DNA of 64,000 bases from Myxococcales bacterium (lineage in GTDB: Bacteria; Myxococcota_A; Polyangia; Polyangiales; DASUME01): the NCBI GenBank assembly GCA_047601445.1, contig JASGJH010000001.1, positions 5,824,001 through 5,888,000 on the forward strand, read 5' to 3'. Shown piece by piece: positions 59,765 through 64,000 of the stretch. Position 1 is the first letter of the stretch. Every line of letters starts with the position of its first letter. Made by a program: the position numbers and the translations under genes. The notes under the pieces are model-generated. The model saw only the letters and a program-made list of their open reading frames with translations. It was not told the origin of the DNA and searched no databases.

Positions 59765-61231
59765 TCAGCCGAGGAGCTCGTAGTCCGCGGGGCGCACGCG
59801 TCGCGTGGCGAGCCAAAAACGCGCCGTGCTGTGGGGCCAGAGCGAGAAGTTCTTGCCGCCCTCCTGCTGATACCAGCTACGGCAGCCGGTGTTCCACACC
59901 GTGCCCGAGAGCTCCTCTTGCAGGCGCTCGTTGAAGCGCTGCTGGGCCTCCGGACGCACGCTCAAGGCGCGCGCGCCGCGCTCCTGCACGAGCTTCATGC
60001 ACGAGAGCGCGTAGTGAACCTGGGCCTCGATCATGAAGATCACCGAGTTGTGCCCGAGCGTGGAGTTCGGCCCGAGTAGCTGGAACATGTTCGGGTAGCC
60101 CGCCACGGTGACGCCGTAGAAGGCCTCCGCGCCCTCACGCCAGGCCTCGCGCAGGTCCTGTCCCGCGAGCCCGGTACAGGCGAAATTCCGCAGATAAGTC
60201 CGCGGATCGGTGACGAACCCGGTGCCCAAGATCACGGCGTCCAGCGCGCGCTCGCGGCCATCCTCGGTGACCACTCCATGCGGCGTGAACTCGCGGATCG
60301 CGTCGGTCACGAGCTCGACGTTGTCGCGGTTGAAGGTGGGATAGTAGTCGTTCGAGATCAGGACTCGCTTGCAGCCGATGGTGTAGTCGGGCGTGAGCTT
60401 CGCGCGTATCGCAGGGTCCTTCACCTGGAGCCACATGAAGGCCTTGGCCATGGTCTCCGCCGTGCGCGCCAGACGCGGTCGCGAGAGAGGCAAGATGCGC
60501 GCTTCGTTCGTCCAGTAGCAACGCGTGCGGTGCAGCTTGCGCATGCCGTCTACACGCGCGAAGAGTCCCTTCTCGAGGCCCGAATAGGCGCGGTCGTCGC
60601 GCGGGATCACCCAGGCCGGCGTGCGCTGGAAGACGTGCAGGCGCGCGGTCTGGGGAGCGATCACGGGCAAGTACTGGATGGCGCTACCCCCCGTGCCGAT
60701 GGAGGCCACACGCTTGCCCGTGAGGTCGAAGCCGTGGTCCCACTGGGCCGAGTGGAACACGCGCCCGCGAAACTCCGAGAGCCCCTTGAACCTGGGAAAA
60801 GCGGGCACATGCAGCGGACCGGTGGCCAGCACGAAGAAGCGCGCGCTGATGCGGGACCCGGCCTTGGTGGTCACCCTCCAACGTCCGCTCTCCTCCTCGA
60901 AGTGCGCCGACTCGACCTCCTGGCCGAAGCGGATGAAAGGGCGCAGCTCGTACTTTTGCGTGACCTTGAGGATGTAGCTCTGGATCTCGTGCCAGGGTGC
61001 GTAGCGGCGGGACCAATCGCTCTTGGGTTCGAACGAGTAAGAGTACAGATGGGACTGCACGTCGCAGGCCGCGCCGGGATAGGTGTTCTCACGCCAGGTG
61101 CCACCCACCTCGTGGCCCTTTTCCAAGATCGCAAAGCGCTGGTAGCCGGCCTCGCGCAGCTTGATAGCGGTGCACAGACCTCCGAAGCCCGCTCCCACGA
61201 TCACGACATCCAAGAATTCGGTCTCGCTCAC
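59765..61231 (-). CDS. Baeyer-Villiger / flavin-containing monooxygenase
   Basis: GAGFGG, GGTWRENTYPG, FRGRVFHSAQWD fingerprint and GTGGSA. Confidence 0.92.
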   Translation of the reverse strand: MSETEFLDVVIVGAGFGGLCTAIKLREAGYQRFAILEKGHEVGGTWRENTYPGAACDVQSHLYSYSFEPKSDWSRRYAPWHEIQSYILKVTQKYELRPFIRFGQEVESAHFEEESGRWRVTTKAGSRISARFFVLATGPLHVPAFPRFKGLSEFRGRVFHSAQWDHGFDLTGKRVASIGTGGSAIQYLPVIAPQTARLHVFQRTPAWVIPRDDRAYSGLEKGLFARVDGMRKLHRTRCYWTNEARILPLSRPRLARTAETMAKAFMWLQVKDPAIRAKLTPDYTIGCKRVLISNDYYPTFNRDNVELVTDAIREFTPHGVVTEDGRERALDAVILGTGFVTDPRTYLRNFACTGLAGQDLREAWREGAEAFYGVTVAGYPNMFQLLGPNSTLGHNSVIFMIEAQVHYALSCMKLVQERGARALSVRPEAQQRFNERLQEELSGTVWNTGCRSWYQQEGGKNFSLWPHSTARFWLATRRVRPADYELLG

Positions 61232-61307
61232 CCGCCAAGCCTATCACCGCGCGGGCGCGCCATCCGCCGGGTCAGCAGCGTGTGAAAACGCGAATTCTCC
61301 TGTCGGC

Positions 61308-61321
61308 TGAACCTAGGTTAA
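61308..61321. promoter_or_regulatory. Palindrome, possible site for the nearby Crp/Fnr regulator
   Basis: TGAACCTAGGTTAA, 34 nt upstream of ATG 61356. Confidence 0.45.
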
Positions 61322-61355
61322 GGCAGCGCGTTTCGGTCAGCGGCAGGCTCGCAGC

Positions 61356-62060
61356 ATGACCCACCACCAAGACAAGACCCTGGCCCGGGCAGCGGCCCAA
61401 ATGGCCTTCGCTGCGGGCTCCCTGCTCGCTCTCCTGTGCAGCATCGTGCTGGCGACCGGCGTCTCCCAGCAGACCTTCGAGCGCTTCATGCCGCCCGCGA
61501 GTTACGCGAGCGCCCTGCTCGAGCAGGCATCCGCGCTACGCCTCATCGTCGCCATCGACGACGTGTTCGTGGTGACCTACGTGGCGGCCACGCTCCTCCT
61601 GTGCGCCTCCCTCGCGGGCCGAGCGTCGCGGGTCTTGCTCCAGGTGGTGCTTACGGCGGCGCTGCTCGGGGGCGTGCTGGACCTGATCGAGAACCACCAC
61701 ATCCTCGCGATGCTGCGAGCCGCCGAGTTCGGGGCAGAGCCCAGCGTGGGACAAATCGAGGCCCAAGTCGCTGCGAGCTCGCTCAAGTGGATGCTCGGCC
61801 ATGCGGCCTTCGCCTTGCTCGCCTTCGCGCTGGAGCTGCCGGCCAAGCTGGCCGCGGCGGTGCGCGCGAGTCTGCTCGGGTTTCAGCTCCCCCTGGGCGC
61901 AGCCACCCTGGTGGTGACACAGGAGGGCTGGCTCAGCTTGCTCTCGTGGGCCCGCTACGGCAGCTTGCTCAGTGGGTTCTTCGCGATTTCCTGGCTCATG
62001 GGCGGCGCTTCTCGGCCGCCTTCCGCCTACGACGCAGTCGGCTCAAGTGCACCGGCGTGA
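61356..62060 (+). CDS. Integral membrane hypothetical protein
   Basis: About six hydrophobic segments; intramembrane IDDVF and DLIENH. Confidence 0.7.
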   Translation: MTHHQDKTLARAAAQMAFAAGSLLALLCSIVLATGVSQQTFERFMPPASYASALLEQASALRLIVAIDDVFVVTYVAATLLLCASLAGRASRVLLQVVLTAALLGGVLDLIENHHILAMLRAAEFGAEPSVGQIEAQVAASSLKWMLGHAAFALLAFALELPAKLAAAVRASLLGFQLPLGAATLVVTQEGWLSLLSWARYGSLLSGFFAISWLMGGASRPPSAYDAVGSSAPA

Positions 62061-62613
62061 CACCGAGATACGAGGCAATGTGGCGCGCCTGGACCCGGGT
62101 CTCGATGTCGGGCTGCTGCTCGAGCAGCGTCGCGTAGCGTGCCTGGGCGTCGAGGGCCAAGAGCTCGTACTCACGGCGCGCCTTGCGCAGGTAGAGCTGC
62201 TGCGTGAGGATGCGGAACACGTTGTCCCAATTGCGCATGCGCCGCGCTAGCTCGGACAGATCGTCGAAGCGCATCACGAGCAGCCGCGCTTCTTCGTCGG
62301 CCACGATGTTCGAGGTCGATGGGCTCTTGGAGAGCAAGTCCGCCATGGAACCGGTGAGACCAGGAGCGAACACGAACGCCTTCACGCGCTCGGTTCCATC
62401 GGCCAGACCGTAGTACTCGCGCACGGACCCATTCGTGACCAGGGCGGCGTACTCGGCCTGCTCGCCCGCTCGCAAGAAGTGCTCGCCGGCGCCCAGTTTG
62501 CGCACGCTCAACAGCGGCGCGACGGCGTTGAGGTCGTCTTTGGTGAGCGTGCCGAGCTTGCTCATGTACCGCATGAAAGCGGCCAAATCGGAGGCGAGCG
62601 GTCGGGTGCTCAT
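61996..62613 (-). CDS. Crp/Fnr family regulator
   Basis: cNMP-binding-like N-terminus; IASYLGVTPVHLSRLR HTH. Confidence 0.9.
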   Translation of the reverse strand: MSTRPLASDLAAFMRYMSKLGTLTKDDLNAVAPLLSVRKLGAGEHFLRAGEQAEYAALVTNGSVREYYGLADGTERVKAFVFAPGLTGSMADLLSKSPSTSNIVADEEARLLVMRFDDLSELARRMRNWDNVFRILTQQLYLRKARREYELLALDAQARYATLLEQQPDIETRVQARHIASYLGVTPVHLSRLRRRRKAAEKRRP

Positions 62614-62663
62614 GGTCCGTTAGGATGTACTCCTCGGCGCGGGCTAGGGCTAGGGGCCCCTGT

Positions 62664-63152
62664 TCAGAACGTAGCGCGCAAGCTCACGCTGCCATGCTGG
62701 AACGCTTGGCCGAGCTGCAGCTGCGGGAACACGGCGATCTGCTGCCGCGCCCGGTGAATTCTCTTGCTGCGCCGGATTCCGTGACCCAACAGGAAGCCTC
62801 CGAGCCCGGCCGCGGCAATGCCAGTCATGTAGCCGCCGAAGACCAGCACGGCCGCGCCCGCAGAAGCGTCGCTCCCGCCAGACAGTGCAAGCGTGGCGAA
62901 CGTGAAGAGTGCGGGCGCGGCGGTTAGCAGGACGCTGCCCAACACCATCTCGGCACGCGGACCTTCCAGTGATTGGGCTGCCCGTGCACTCGTATCGGTG
63001 ACGCGGATCGAGACCTTCGTGACGGGCGCTGGCTTGGGTGCGGGCTGTGGCTCGAGCTGACTCTGGGCTTGGGCGCGCGGCGTGAGTAGCGCCGAGCCGA
63101 GCAGCGCTGCGGTGACGACCGCGAGAAATCCCGCGAGGCGGAGGAACGACAT
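62664..63152 (-). CDS. Exported/membrane hypothetical protein, paralogue 2
   Basis: Signal peptide, Pro-rich linker, two hydrophobic helices, C-terminal VSLRATF. Confidence 0.7.
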   Translation of the reverse strand: MSFLRLAGFLAVVTAALLGSALLTPRAQAQSQLEPQPAPKPAPVTKVSIRVTDTSARAAQSLEGPRAEMVLGSVLLTAAPALFTFATLALSGGSDASAGAAVLVFGGYMTGIAAAGLGGFLLGHGIRRSKRIHRARQQIAVFPQLQLGQAFQHGSVSLRATF

Positions 63153-63201
63153 GGGCAGACTTTCCTTTGGCGATGGGTGAGCGACCGCTCCAATACCTAG
63201 C

Positions 63202-63687
63202 TCAGAACGTAGCGCGCAAGCTCACGCTGCCATGCTGGAACGCTTGGCCGAGCTGCAGCTGCGGGAACACGGCGATCTGTTGCCGGGCACGATGAATTTT
63301 CATGCTGCGTCGGATTCCGTGGCCCAACAAGCAGCCGCCGAGTGCAGCCGTGACGACACTGCCGAACACGCCCAGGCCGAAAGCCTTCTGGGCACCTTCG
63401 GATGCGCCGTACGTGAAGCTGGACGCTGCGAGCAAAGAGAGGCCGATCAGCGCGGGCGTGGCGGTGAGCAGGATGGAACCCGTCACCATCTCGATGCGCG
63501 GCACCGCCAAGGATTGCGTTCCCAACATGTTCGCCTCCGCGGTGGAGAGCGGTGGGATGGTCGTAACCCTGGGCGTTGGTGGTGGTATGAGCTGTTGTTG
63601 CGCTTCGGCGTGCGACGTGAGCAGGGGCGAGCCGAGCAGCGCGCCCGTGACGACCGCGAGAAACGCCATCAGGCGGACAAACGGCAT
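63202..63687 (-). CDS. Exported/membrane hypothetical protein, paralogue 1
   Basis: Same architecture as 62664-63152; real start is probably MPFVRL at 63687. Confidence 0.7.
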   Translation of the reverse strand: MPFVRLMAFLAVVTGALLGSPLLTSHAEAQQQLIPPPTPRVTTIPPLSTAEANMLGTQSLAVPRIEMVTGSILLTATPALIGLSLLAASSFTYGASEGAQKAFGLGVFGSVVTAALGGCLLGHGIRRSMKIHRARQQIAVFPQLQLGQAFQHGSVSLRATF

Positions 63688-63860
63688 GGGCAGAGTTCCT
63701 TGGCGATGGGTGAGGCGCGCCGACCGCGACGTCGACCGGGCGCTCTCCCCAGTAACGCTCCGAGAGGCATCGAGTCGCAAGGGGGCTCACCCCACGGCAG
63801 GGCGTGCCCTGGATTTCGAGAACGAAAAACCGAAAGGATTCTCGAGGAGACGATCTTAAA

Positions 63861-63879
63861 GAAATTGACTTTCAATTTC
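63861..63879. promoter_or_regulatory. Zur/Fur-like palindrome upstream of rpsD
   Basis: GAAATTGA-CTT-TCAATTTC, 22 nt before the ATG. Confidence 0.6.
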
Positions 63880-63901
63880 GTCAATGCCAAAAGAGCTCGT
63901 C

Positions 63902-64000
63902 ATGAGCCGCTACACCGGTCCCCGTCTGAAGATCATGCGTGCCCTCGGCACCGACCTGCCCGGCCTCTCACCCAAGCTCAGCGAGCGTCGGCCGTACCCG
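63902..64000 (+). CDS. rpsD: 30S ribosomal protein S4, Cys-free type (3'-truncated; absent from the ORF track)
   Basis: MSRYTGPRLKIMRALGTDLPGLSPKLSERRPYP. Confidence 0.88.
   Translation, partial: MSRYTGPRLKIMRALGTDLPGLSPKLSERRPYP

Overview
High-GC window that looks myxobacterial (Myxococcota/Polyangia-like), judged from the many Cys-rich lipoproteins, Pkn-type Ser/Thr kinases, TPR-PEGA and VWA proteins; taxonomy is inference. Recognisable blocks: a 5'-truncated Fam20/Four-jointed-like kinase; aguAB; two TetR-linked lipid genes (fatty acyl-CoA reductase, alkylglycerol-monooxygenase-like desaturase); lnt; an MMPL-apbE pair; a serpin and a metzincin lipoprotein; XRE-PBP regulator plus modABC; a hybrid histidine kinase; kdpFABCDE with an extra small upstream peptide; a kinase/TPR-PEGA/Cys-rich lipoprotein module; a VWA lipoprotein; a kinase-STAND ATPase; TetR-RND efflux; a Baeyer-Villiger monooxygenase; Crp/Fnr; two tandem paralogues; and the start of a Cys-free rpsD. 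The best candidate for an undescribed system is a six-gene envelope operon (PstS-like binding protein, porin, TonB-dependent receptor, three lipoproteins; 21563-28205, minus strand). It diverges from the molybdate regulator-modABC operon, and the intergenic region holds two near-identical 18-bp boxes, suggesting a Mo/W-regulated outer-membrane uptake machine. All calls come from motif recognition by eye; no searches were run. No CRISPR array, rRNA, tRNA or mobile element was seen.
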